Source: Paramecium tetraurelia (Eukaryota). From it: a DNA stretch of 64,000 nucleotides. The stretch covers positions 558,001 to 622,000 of the forward strand of contig CT868207.1 of NCBI GenBank assembly GCA_000165425.1. The letters are read 5' to 3'. Positions 49,856 to 64,000 of this stretch are shown piece after piece. The first letter of the stretch is position 1. Every line of letters starts with the position of its first letter. The translations under genes were made by a program, and so were the position numbers. The notes under the pieces are model-generated. The model was not told the origin of the DNA. It saw only the letters and a list, made by a program, of their open reading frames with translations, and searched no databases.

Positions 49856-50483
49856 AAAGATAAATAATAATGATTATAATTATTTAGTGAGGCCTTATCT
49901 TGATTCAACCAATACTTTCATATTTTATCATTTCATGACATTTCCGCCTTATCAAAAATGAGAAATTATTTTCTTAAAATTCATTCCATCAGTTCAAAAA
50001 TCAAATAGAAATACCTATAATTGAAATATAATTAATCTTTATATATATATATAATGATAACTACTTTTATTCTGCTAATTCATATCATATGTGAATATAA
50101 AACATAAAATTGAGTATCAAATCATTTTAATATTACTTCATTATACTATCCAGACTAATTTTATTTGAAAGTGGAGATAACGGATATTCAAAATTTATTC
50201 ATAATATTCATTAAAGAAAATTGTTTCAAAACTTTTGAATTTATTCTATTTTCAAATGTAAAATTAACAATTAGTATAATTGAGATATAACCATCGATTG
50301 CTGTGAGAATTATTAATATCTTTTATATTCATATTAATGGTTTCTCTTTCCTTAATTAAAAAGAAAGGAAGATAAAATTATAAAATAGAATTCGTTTGTT
50401 ATGGTTATTCTAAGACTATTTTATTTTGAAATTCTAATTAATACATAAGTTAAATTTCTTTCATGTTAAATTAAACTTTTAAT

Positions 50484-51558
<1,075 letters not shown>

Positions 51559-52113
51559 TATTATTAATATTTATATGAAATATATACATAAATTCAAGTA
51601 TTTCTTTTATAAATTTTATATAAGTGATTCACAATTTATTATTATTGTGGATGATACATATTAGTTAATGTCCTAAATTCATTGTTAAGACTAAATAGAT
51701 AAATTTTGAAATGGAAAACTAAATAATTTATATGTAAAAAATAGATTCATATTTATTTTTCAATTCATACATCAATAACCATACAAATTTCGATTTAATT
51801 GAGGGAGAATTTGAATCCTCTATTTATTGTATTCCATCAGAATTCTTTATTTTAGAAATAGAAAATTCAAGAATAATAAATAATTTCTTATCTTATCTTT
51901 TATTCTAATAAAGGAAATTATTATTAAATTCATTATTAAAACGAATTAATAAAAGATGACAATCAGCTTGTACTCATATGAAAAATAAGGAGAAACTAAG
52001 AAAAAACGATCTTAATTATTATATTTTGAAAATCTTATATGAAGGGAGTTCATTATTTGTTAGAATTTAAAACTTATTTATACGTTCTTTTTTATATATT
52101 TTTAATAATATAA

Positions 52114-55100
52114 ATGGCAAAAGAAATTGAGGAATATTTTGTAAAGAGACTTTAAACCTATCTATTAGAATATCTCTAAGATTTTTCACAAAATAATATG
52201 GCAAAAGTAAATAAATCAACTTATGTTCAAAGTTTTCTTTAGGCATTTCTTCTAATATTGTTTTGAAGAACTTATAAATTAAGAAATAAGCATTACTAAA
52301 TTTTTCATTTCCAATGTACATAATAGATGGAAAAATAAGTTAAATTACAATTAATGTATTAGAGAGTAAATATTTTAGATGCCTCTGAATTACAAGGCCT
52401 AATAGCCAGAAATGATTGTTGAAGGAATAGACTTACAGGTATGCACAATATAAGAAGCGAATCTATTTGTTTCAAATAAAGACTAGCAAAGCTAATAGGG
52501 AGTGGAGAATTTGAAGCAACATAAATTAAAAATTTGGGAGGAATAAATGGCGAAGTATTTTGAATAGCTTTCTCCTCCCAATTGGATTCAAAAAATAGTA
52601 GATGGAATTTACAATAACATGTCTGTGTAAGTGAAATCATTTTATTTACGATTTTATAATTATTCAATTTTTGGTTGTGAAACATAGTTAAAAATAAGAG
52701 CTGACATATATATAAAAGCAACAGATAAACAATTTCAATAGAAATTTAATGGCGATGTGAACACAATTTATAAATTAATTGAAATTAAAAAGTTAGGAAT
52801 TATGTATGTGAAGGCATCTAAGAGAAAAGAAGAATAGTAATTATTAAGTCCAATAGATATTTCAATTAAATTAATTATCAATAAGAATTAAGATGAGTAA
52901 GGTAAACCATTCCAAAATTTAACAATTAATATAGATACTCCTGTCATATTCTAATTAAATAAGGAATCTAAAAATTATTTGCTAAAATTAAATGAAGTTT
53001 TATAGAATCTGGAAATTGTTTAAGATAATTTTCATTTTCGACCAAAATGCGAAGTAAAGAATAACTACGGAGAGTGGTGGAAATACTTAATCAATGCAGT
53101 AATGTAAAATTAGAAGAATCACAAATTAGACTTAGGATATTCATCAAGAAGATTAGTGTTAATGAAGAGATATATAGAATTATATAAAAGAAAGTAAACA
53201 ATAATTTTAGTGCCTTGGTTGACATGTTGGACAATTTAGGATGAGACAAAATTCAAAAAATGTGAAGAGTAAATGTCATTAAAAGATTTATTGAAATATA
53301 GAGAATGGGCATTTTAGGAGATTAGAATAGAGGCGAAGAGATATTATAATTCTTCTAAAGAGGGATAAAATAAGCAAAATGCAAAGCCTATGCTTGAATT
53401 ATGGACAAATACTATTAATGATCAATTTGTTTTGAAAGAATAGAAAAAGAGAGATGATGATGTACCAATTGAATTGGAAGATGACGAGAAAATTAATTTG
53501 TATGAAATTCTTGAACGAGATAAGACTTAAGTTCTTTCAAGTTATTTAAAAGGTTAAAATAATGATCCTGATTAAATTAAAACCCAGATTTATCTTAGTG
53601 TTCATTCAATCTTTTTAATTATTTTAGAATGTCGTCCAGCTAATGTTGCATAATATTGTCCTAAAAATACTAAAATATTTTCATTTTGTCAATGTAAAAA
53701 ATGTATTCAACTAATTAAAAAGCCATAGATGGATAAATAGAAAACATCTTCTTTTAATCAAAATAATTCAATATCTGAAGTTGTTAAACAAACCTAAAGA
53801 TAGAATGATGATGGATCATTTCATACTGCAAAAGAAATTGATAGTTTTTATGAAGAAATTGAAGATTTATAGAAGGATGACTTCCAATTTTCTTAAGATT
53901 TAAGCTAGGATTAGAGGAATAACAATTCTTAATTAAAATAGAATTTTGATTTCAATCGAACCAACAAATTAATTTTAATTGTTAGTTTAATAGGAATTAA
54001 GGTTCCCGTTTCTATTTATTAAAATGGTAGATTGAAAACAAATGAAAATGAGAATTCCACAATAGTAATAGGTGAAATTAAAATATTAGCATCAGGCATG
54101 GTTCCAAAATTAATGGAATTTTAGAACAAATATAATGAAAATACTGAAAGTCAGTCACCTTTATTTAAAAAGAAAGACAATCCTTAGAAATAAAAAGGCG
54201 ATGACAATTTCGATCAAAAATAATTTAGTTATTCAAGAGTCAGAGTCAGCGAATTTGTTAATGATGTTTTTGAAGTTTCAGTGACAAAGGATTAATCATT
54301 TTTCTAAGGTAGTGACATTTGCTTTGAAACATTCTGTGAGTTCTTAAGTCAAAATTAAATGAATAATGTTTCATGCTTTTTAATAGATTATGAAAATGAT
54401 AAACATGGATTTTAAGATTTCGGAACTGAATAGTTTAAGAATTATGATAAATACTTTGTCGTTAATGATAAGGAGGAAAAAGATGAGGTTGATGAATCTA
54501 TGTTGTTGCATGTAATTAAGTAATAAAAGAATGAGAATAAGTGGGCCTTCCTCAAATAAGCTGCTTTGTAAATTTATGATAGATCAAGTTAATATGAAAA
54601 TGATAATTAATGGATAGGCTGTTTAAATAAACAGAAATTTTTAGAAGAAGTCCATACCAAACTTATAGATATCATTAAAAAATCATTGTTTGCACCTTTT
54701 CTAGAAGAATTTGGGGATAAAGTTATTCCATTATGTATCATAAATCTGAAAGATAAACTTACATTCCCTGCTGATTCTAAAAGTTATAATTTATCTATTT
54801 CATTATATTTAGAAGGAGATCAATCGGATTATAAAATATCTCCTCAAAATGAGAAAAGAAAAAAGGTTTCATCGTAATAAACCCTGGATGAACAATCTAA
54901 TGAATAAATTTCAATTATACTCCAGAAGTTTTCTATATTTATTTCATCAAAAAGTCTGAGCTCTTTGCTTGACTTTTCTTAAAGCATGGATAAGACTTCC
55001 TTGAGTTAAGGATAATTATATGTCACCTAAGATCATAAACTCTTGGAATGTATTTTAAAGTCTAAGCCATTAGGATAAGAAAATACAAAACCTCCTGGTA

Positions 55101-58100
55101 TGAAATTCTCTATTTAATTTGTTGATAAACTTAAAATTAGAATTGTATCTGATCAGATATCTAACATTATTAAAACGGAATTAAAGTTTTAAATTAAAAA
55201 TTTTAGATATTCAACTGTGAAAATTGATGATTTATTTTAAAATATTGTAAATAAATCTGGATAAACTTTGTATTAATAACATTATAAATATTTTTCTGCT
55301 TATAGATTAACAATAGAATAATTCAAAATTGCGCATAAATATTTTTCATAAGACTATAAAAACAAAAATGAAGAATTAAGAAATTATGAGAAAGAATAGC
55401 AAACTGATGACAAAAAGTCTGGGTTATCCTCAGGTAAATTCCCTTTTTCCAAATAAACATCACAATAATAATCTCAATCTGCTGATTAAAAGAGCCAACA
55501 AAAAGGTTAAAAAAATCAATAATAATAACCAAAATCAAGAGATCCTATGTTCCATATCAAAGGAATCAAATAAACCATTTTGAAAACGTAAATAGTAGCA
55601 CTTAAATTTTAAGCCAATATTGAAAATCACGCCTTATTGACAGATTCTAAATTATATGTTTAAATTCCATTCTTAAATTTGAGGATAAATGATTCCTGCA
55701 TTAGTTTCATTGAATTACTTTTGATCTTAAAAAATAATATCAAAGTTAAATAAACACCTTAATAAAAACATAAAATAGGGTAAGATAGTCTTTTAAAGGC
55801 TGAGTTAGATACTTTATTTCATGATCACAAGGAGTAAAGTTCAGATTGTAAGCATTGTATCTTAAAATATAGAAAAACAGTAGAATTAACAAATATTTTA
55901 TTTGGAGTCATATCAGAAATTACCAAAAGTGCAGATGTTCCTTGCTGGTTCCATATTCTACATAATGAATGTCAAAAACTTGGAAATAGTTCAAATTTAT
56001 CAGTCAGACATAAAAAAGAATAAGGAATTAAAATTACATTCTAGAGTACATAGAAAGCATCCAATCATGGATAATATAAATCTATCTTAGCTTTCCCAAT
56101 ACTCGTTATCACTAGAGATATAGGATACTTCAAGGATAATATTATGATTCATTGTTCAGCTTCTAAATTTAAGGAATCAGGTATAAGTACTAGCAAATCA
56201 AGATTTGATTAAGAAAATGAAATTAATTAATTTGAAAAATAAAATTAAAAAGATATTTCTTCTTAAAAAGGGTAATCTGCTTAAAAAAAAGAAGCCAATT
56301 AAGCAAGTACATAAGAAAAGTAAATGAAAGAAACTAATTATGTTTTGGTTTAGCCTGCTCTTAAAGTAAAAGAACCACTTTTATTTTGGTAAAAGTTGGA
56401 TGATAAATTTATATTCTACTGTAGAAGCAACGAAAAGGATATGTTTAGATTAGATTATTCAAAAGAATATGAAGATAAATCATTAGAAATTAATAGTTTA
56501 ATCCAAGATGATGATTAAATGAGACTAAATGACCCAAATCTTTATATATTACTCTATTATAATAAACCACTCAGGACAGAACTAATCTAAAATAAAGAGA
56601 ATTTCTAAAGAAATGAAAAGAATTCAAAAAAAAAAATATTTTTTTCTTTGTAAATGATCAAAGCTATATTTCAAAATCAACATGCCGCTTGCAATGTTTT
56701 AACTACTTTCTAAAATATTAACAAAATTTAATCAATTTTAAAGAAAGTATAGGATATTGTCAATTATGGTTATAAATTAGATGAAAATGTAGAGAAGCAA
56801 TAATTATAAGATAGTCCTATTAAATTATTAGATGAAATGATTGTCTCAGCTAATATTTCAAATATATATTTAAAGTCTAATGAATCATTCTTTAAATTAT
56901 CGTAATTCAAAGTCATATTGAATCTAGAATATATGAGTCAAATTTCCAACAATGCAAAATCAAGTTTTCATAAGAAGAATTCATCAAGCATAGTGAATTA
57001 AGAAGTATTCTCAAAGGTTAAAAGTAATATCACTTAAGTTTTCCCTACTGATGATCTAATAATAGTAAAGTGTCATTCAATTATATTGAATTTTAATATG
57101 GTTTCAATAATAGATGTTAAATTGATTCATGTTTAAAAGTTTTCAGATGCATTATAATTATAAGTTGAAGAAATTAAAATAAGTATTACAAACAATTTAA
57201 GTAAATAAAAAGAGAATTTATTAACTATGCCTAAAAGAGATAGACTAACATAAACTAAAACAGGAATTCAGCAAGAGACAAAGAAATTTGAAAAACCTTT
57301 GGCGATTTGTATTAAGTTAGAATTTTAGAATCTAAATCCAAAAATTAACATCTCTGTTCATTAAGGTTAAATTTAATTGTCTTAGTAGAGGGTTTCTGAT
57401 TTATTAATAGGATTGAACAGTTTTTATCTTTTAAATATAGAAGAGTCAATTAATTTAAGGCAACATCTATTAAAATACATATTCCTATAAGAATTAGAAA
57501 TTATGGGAAATGATCAACCAAAAGTTATTAATCTATTTATATAGGACAAACTGTAGAGGTAATAGAAGTTGAGTTTTATTTTGGAATTGAAGATAGAAGA
57601 ATTTTAAGTTGTGCTATAAGAAAAAGATAAGGAGTTTTTCTTTTTTGAGTTTCATCAAATTTCAATGAAGAAAAAATTAATTAAGAATTAGAGTTAAAGG
57701 TTAATGATTTAGAATTGAAACCATAACCTTCTTAAGGAGAGAATGTTCATTATCCTAATTTAATTAAATAGAATGGACATTAAGCAATGAAAATTTTATT
57801 AGAAAATAATATTATCCATTTAGAGAATGTGCAATTTTTTATGATTTCCAGATTCTTAAATGAATTAGATGCATTTAAATCAGAGGTTGAAAAAATAATA
57901 TAAAAAAATAAGGATGAATTATTAGAAAAGTATCAAAGTGATTTTGAATTCTAAATGCAATTAAAATAATAGGAAAATTTTGAGCTCAATAAAGAATAGT
58001 TCAATTATTAAGTTCTAATAAAGAATTCTTAAATAATTGTTCCATAATCTTCTTCTGATAAGAATTAGGTGAAGATTTTATTTGATTATGCAGATGTAAA

Positions 58101-58795
58101 GGTTAAAAAGGAAAAGAAATTATCTAAGATTCCAGAAATACAGGACGATAAAATTGAAGTCTTGTAATAACAGAAATTATTAGTGGATTATGAGGATAAA
58201 TATACGAAGATTTCTGAAAAATAATTAGAATTTTAAGAGATTTATATCACTGAAATAAAAGCAAATTTCAGAATGGTTGAAGTCGATTACGAAATGTATT
58301 GTGATTAAGATGATTAAAATTCAATTAAGGGCAATTTATTAGATGCAGGTAATAATTGAATTAATAAATTATTTAGATAGTGTTGAAGTCGAAATGAATT
58401 TACCAAGCTTTGAACAATTTCTAGGGATAAGTGGATGGAAATATAAAGATAGCTGCATTATTAAACCTAAAAACTTAAAAATGAAATTGGATTTGGGCAA
58501 ACTGATGAAAGTTTAGAGCTATATTGATCAAAACTTATCTGAAAAGTCAAGTCTTTTTGAATTTCATAAATCTTCTCTTTAAAAAATTAACTTTGATGTA
58601 ATTTAATATCATATAATTTAGCTTGATTTATTTTCAACAGAAGCATCTTTGACTAGATATGGATAGGTGGAATAAGATAAATTGGAGAAACATAAAAATG
58701 CTAAATTATATGAAACTTAAAAACACAGGTAGAGTAAGTAGTTTAATACTCATAATCAGACAAAATAAATGAAGAAATAAAATTATGATTCTTGA
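52114..58795 (+). CDS. VPS13: VPS13-like bridge lipid-transfer protein (chorein-N)
   Basis: YLLEYLQDFSQ...FSLGISSNIVLKNLQIKKQAL.....P..IIDGKISQITI (chorein-N); FRPK...EWWKYLINAV...RYIELYKRK; long beta-strand-rich body; apparent -1 frameshift at about 57673; TGA 58793-58795. Confidence 0.8.
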
Positions 58796-58846
58796 TTATG
58801 AATTATAAAATATTTATTTAATAATAATTATCTTATATATATTAAT

Positions 58847-61800
58847 ATGCCAGAGTTGTTTATTCCTGTTTATTTCGGCTCATTTGACTTTTAAAATCAT
58901 TTTATTACAGCATGGGCTGATGATTTAGATAAAAAGAGGATTGCCACAGGTTCAATAAATGGAGACATCATCATTTGGGAATTTGACAATTTCATTTTAA
59001 AACCACTTATAAAGTCAACACCACATTTAATATACAGAGTAGGAGGAGTCACAGCATTATAAATAATGAGAAGACCATTTGCTGAATTCTAGGATAGCAA
59101 TATGAATTGTGCAATAGCAATTCATTAAGATAAGAGGATTAGAATTTTGAGTATGTTAGATGGCAAATAAATTTTAATTTCAGATCATGATTAATTTCCA
59201 TATACAAAATAAATAACTCAAATCTACCCAATTGGTGATCGAACAAGTAGATATATAAGTTGTTTTGGTGAAGGAACAGCTCTTTACATATATGATTTAT
59301 GGAAAATGTGTTGCAGCAAAATATTTTAGATTCAGGATGAATTTGATCAACCAAGATTTACCATTTTTACATCTATTGGAGCAGACTTTGCTGTCATTGG
59401 TATTATTTGATCATATTCAAGATAGCAAATGCAGAGTCTACAAAATTGATACATCAGCATATAAGAAAACTGAAAGATAAAATTATTTAAAGTATATTGA
59501 AAAGAAAGCATAAGAAAAAAAGAAAAATGGAATAAAAAAATCGTTGATTAGGATGTCTTCTAGTTTTTCTTTAAAAGGATTGCCTTAAAGTAAAATAATC
59601 AATACAGTTTACAACACTAAATCATAGATCATGTACATTGTTTATTCAAAATCAATATATGTTGTGAATTCTCCGTTTAAAGAAACAGAACAATAGAGGG
59701 AAATGTTCTCAATATAATCTTCTACAAACTTGATTAAATTTAGAAATGTGCATTTATTTAAAAGTCAAAATAAAACTATGATAGTTATTGAATAGTTGAA
59801 TGGACACACTAGTTTCATTTATGAGAAAGATATTCAAGACATAATAAGTTTAATATCTAAAAGTTATAATTAGTGTATAACTCTGGATTTTAATGGATTT
59901 AGTTTTTCAAAATAAAGTTAATCATACTAAGGTTAACTCTTATTATTAGTTAATTAATAATTGACACCAATCTAAGTTTCTAAATATTTTTTCTAAAAGA
60001 TCATCTACACAATTAATAATTTATTATTTAGATAAAATGGATGCATTATTGAAATTTATATACCAGATTCGATTAATTATGAGGATTTTCGTATTTGCAG
60101 TCTCTAATAGGATAATTTGTTTGACATAAAATTATTATCAGAAGGATTTATGCTTTTCTTGCATTCTTAATCAAGATTTATAAATGAAAACAAATAATTT
60201 GAAATTGCAGATTTACCCAAAAAACTTATAGATCTATCAATTTTTGAGCAAAATGACATTTTAAAATCTCTAAATGAAAACTTGCCGATTGAAATTTAAG
60301 AGTAATTAAATTAAATTCAGAACATTTCTATTTATACAATTGGTTTATATAATAAAACAGATCTATTCGCCATCTTTGGAACAGAATAAGGGTAAATCTT
60401 TTTAATTCCATTCTTTTATGAAAAGAATAAAAGATGGAATATTTATGTTAACAAGGAATTTGAAAAAAACATAATATTTTTGAAATTTATCAAAAATTCC
60501 ATTTTTGCTGTGGATCAAACATTAAAATTAAAAGTTTTTAGTCTATCAAGCATATTTGGTAAATTTGATAATCAGTCTGCTGATTTTTTTTCAACCTATT
60601 AAACAATTTTACCATCAAACATAAAGTAAGTGATCTAAATTAGATAATTGTTTTAAGAGTCGAGCAATAGCACTTTTTCAAATAATGATGCCCTTATTGT
60701 TAAAAGAAAGTTAGCTAAACATTTTGTGGCTTTATTGTTGGAAGATGATTCTATCGTCATATATCATACAATATTGAATGTTAAGAAGTTCTCCTTTCAT
60801 AATTAATTTAAGATAAATAAAGGATAGGTGAAATTATATTATGTACCACATTTATTGATATTTCTATTTTCAAAAGGAGTTGAAGTTTCAGTGTGGTCAA
60901 TGGAGAAAGGATCTTTTGAGAGAATGATAAATATACAATAATTGTAAGAGTATTTGAATATTGATACACTTTTAACATAGAAGTTGTCATAAATGATCAA
61001 TTTATATGATTTCAAATCATTCAAAACTGATTAAGTATCTTAATTTGATCTTTTAGAATATTCAAATAGGAGTTATTAGATTTAATACAATTATTCATAA
61101 GAGTTGAAACAAACATCTCCATAATATTTTTATGATTTTTTTGGAACCTTAAACAAAATATAATAAAATACTTTTGAATTTGATGAAATTTTACATATTC
61201 TTTCATATGAAGACTAAGCAATTAGTTATAGAAATAAATCAATAACTATATTTGAACCTTAAGAGATGGGTGATATGTTTCTATTGTATAAGATTTATTT
61301 AAAATAATTCAAATCTACATTATAATTTGATAGAGTAAATAAGTTATATAAATAATAAAAAGAACAAAGAAGACTAGATTCTAGTTCTTCTTATTATTTA
61401 ATATGGTTTGATTGTAAAAAGAATATTGAATTAATAAAATACTCAATGGAAAATACAGCATCTTTAAAGATCCCATTTACTTATGTCCATTTTTATCATA
61501 CATTGAATTTAGTACCTATTTTTAAATGTTAATTTGGTCTATAAGGAATGGCAGAAGGATTTTCAAGATTGATTCAGTCTAATAATTATTAAATTAGTGG
61601 ATTAATGTCTACTTAATACAGCATAGCAGCAGCATTATGCTTAAGGCAAATAAAAAGTAGATTTTAGATCTCTGAAATTAATAATTCTACAAGTTTATTA
61701 AGTTTATCTAGATATAGTCTTGACAACTCAAAAGATATTATTGAAATTTCTTGTTAATTGATCTCATAGCAAATAAAGAAAATGGATAGTTTTTGTAATG

Positions 61801-62962
61801 ATATTGTAGTATTACAAAGAACGTCTAAAGAGTTCTTGTAATTATTTGAAAGGAGTAGTTCAAATGTGTATTTTTCTTTAGAAATTATGTGTTTAATAAT
61901 TCAAACGTATTTAATGTAATAGATGATGAGTAATATTGAAATGATTAATTATGTATTTAATAGAATAATGTCTGGTTTCACTCACTAATTATGTTTGAAG
62001 AAACCAAATATTGTATTCGTTTTTATTAAATTGTTAGAAGATGGTATGAAAAATTTTCATAAATGCATCCAATAACCTAAAGTTTGTCTGCAGACTTTGA
62101 TATAAATTTACTATTACATATATACTACTTATAAACACGGTTTTTCATTAAAAGAAATAATAAATGCTACTATAAATAAGAAATCAAAAGACAAAGACAA
62201 AGATAAATATGAAATTTTGAGACAATATTAATCAATGAGTCAACTCGACTTATAGAGAATAAAATAGAGATTAAGAATTTTAATCATGGCCTTATCGGAA
62301 TATTTTTTTGAAGATTTTAAGGGAACTATTAAGGAGATGATAAACTAAACAGACATCTATCCAATAATTGCCTGCTCAATTCTTGATTTATTGCATTGTT
62401 TATCAAAAACTGATATTAAACCCAATGAAATTTTATTCATCTTAGATTTATCAATAAAGTATTACATGCATTTATAAAATTAGATCAATAGATTAGAATA
62501 ATCAATAATTAAGAAGGTATACTTACAAGACCTTTGTGAAATTAGTATAATATTTAGATTAGAGATTCGAATTCATAAGCTTCTCTTAAAAGAAATTAAA
62601 ATTGGCCTTTGCCTTTGAAGGTTTAGTATAGATTTATGATCTAAGATATGGAGTAAAATTATAACCATTAGATAGATATTAATGTAATATATAAAATATA
62701 TGTATTAGCATAAATAACTAGTATAGCATTTGATAGTAAGGGCAATTAATTAGCTTCATTTTCTTAGAAAGATTAAAATTTAAAGATATTTCAATTAAAA
62801 CCAACTAGTTCTTTTTTATAAGGATATGAAAATGTATACATTAAATTAACTCATTAATTTAATTTTCTATAACCATTGCACCATACAGTAGAATGGGATA
62901 AAGACTGTGAATATATTTATTTATAACATGAAGATGAATCACAAGTATTTAAAATTGATTGA
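58847..62962 (+). CDS. WDR7: WDR7/rabconnectin-3-beta-like WD40 protein
   Basis: N-terminal FIPVYFG...IATGSINGDIIIW; helical middle; C-terminal RFEFISFSQKKLKLAF...IYDLRYG...ITSIAFDSKGNQLASFS..D..LKIF, following the WDR7 pattern. Confidence 0.65.
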
Positions 62963-62995
62963 ATTAATATATTTAAAATATAAAAATTATTATAA

Positions 62996-64000
62996 ATGGA
63001 TAATTGCTGTGGAATTATGATGATGCAGTCATCACATCCTTCATTTATAGATCAGTATAAAAATATGGTGGTTACAACTCAGGTTGCAGAATCTATATTT
63101 CATTCACAATCATGCTCCTTTCACCCACTTACATAAAATCATACTTTAATCTTAACTTCTGGGTATTTATTAGCTAAATTTGCTGAGGATATTAATACTT
63201 TTGATACTGATTAAATCAAAAAGCATGTAAAATTTGGTTTACTAAAGGAACAAAATAAATTTGTTGAATTAAATCTTCTATGCTTAACTTATGAAAAATC
63301 AATTGTTGATTGTTTAAATCAGTTTGATATTGATAGGCATGTTGGATATGTCTTATATTTAGAGATGCTGAATTCAAAAGAAACTTTAATAATACCTAAA
63401 TATATTGATGGTCCCCTCAAAGAAGGTCAATAATTGATATCAATTAGTTCTCCATTTGCAATATAAGGTTAAGAAATGTATAAAAACTACTTTAAGAAGG
63501 CAATCATATCTTAAATCATCACAAACAATAAATTTGAACAATAGTTAATAGTCTTAGACCTAATTAGTTAAACTGGATAAGAAGGAGGGGCTATATTTAA
63601 TTCAAATGGAGAATATGTAGGTATGATTCTCTAAAATGTCTAAATTGGTTAGGCTTATAATCGCTATTTCACATTTTGTCTGAATTGGAAAGTTATAAAT
63701 TCTATTTTCTAATCAAATTTCAATTTACTGTCAATACAATAATTATTTTTATAATCATAACTAATTGATTAAATGTTTTTGGCATCAAATTTTGTTCAAT
63801 CTGATTTTGGTCAAATAGGCAGTGCAGTTATTATTAATGACAAGATGAATCAAAAAAGCTATATACTAACGGCTTCCAATTTCCTTATTAATAATGGAAA
63901 AGGCTCGAAAATCTTAGTAGGTTTGAATTAAATTAAAGGTATACTTTTGGAGGACTTTAAAAAATCTTATAATATTACTTTAGCAAAATGTGGAGAATAT
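62996..64000 (+). CDS. TYSND1: TYSND1/DEG15-like trypsin-fold peroxisomal processing protease (partial, runs off the right edge)
   Basis: LKEGQQLISISSPFA...YKNYFKKAIIS...LIVLDL...GQEGGAIFN..GEYVGM; the second trypsin lobe starts GSAVII...YILTAS. Confidence 0.65.

Noticed and set aside
51711..51959. Short plus-strand ORF between PP1 and the VPS13-like gene
   Set aside because: Open frames of this size arise by chance with a single stop codon, and the composition looks non-coding.

Overview
This is eukaryotic, very AT-rich, gene-dense DNA with the hallmarks of a ciliate macronuclear chromosome, most likely Paramecium (aurelia-type). TAA and TAG encode Gln, TGA is the only stop, introns are about 20-30 nt GT(A)...AG, and many intergenic spacers are only tens of bases. 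The supplied ORF track uses the standard code and is largely misleading. Re-translating by hand in code 6 gives about 30 genes: a pepsin-like membrane protein, two Ser/Thr kinases, pyruvate dehydrogenase E2, NAA50, Nup50-like, a large LamG/Cys-rich/multi-TM protein, a Rab, calcineurin-B-like, an axonemal dynein light chain domain protein, UCH-L3, ATP12, an ABHD17-like hydrolase, a mitochondrial carrier, bacterial-type RpiB, a KH protein, a FYVE-like/TBC-like/tandem-repeat/CaaX coiled coil, a sorting nexin, an S10 carboxypeptidase, aquaporin, PP1 (spanning a 150-N gap), a VPS13-like protein, WDR7-like and TYSND1/DEG15-like. I saw no CRISPR array, transposon, telomeric repeat, tRNA or rRNA. The most notable oddities are recurrent 1-nt frameshifts in short A/T runs (probably assembly errors), several probable pseudo-enzymes, unusual domain architectures and two intergenic hairpin clusters. 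I found no clear-cut novel multi-gene system. Coordinates and intron calls are manual and may be off by a few bases.
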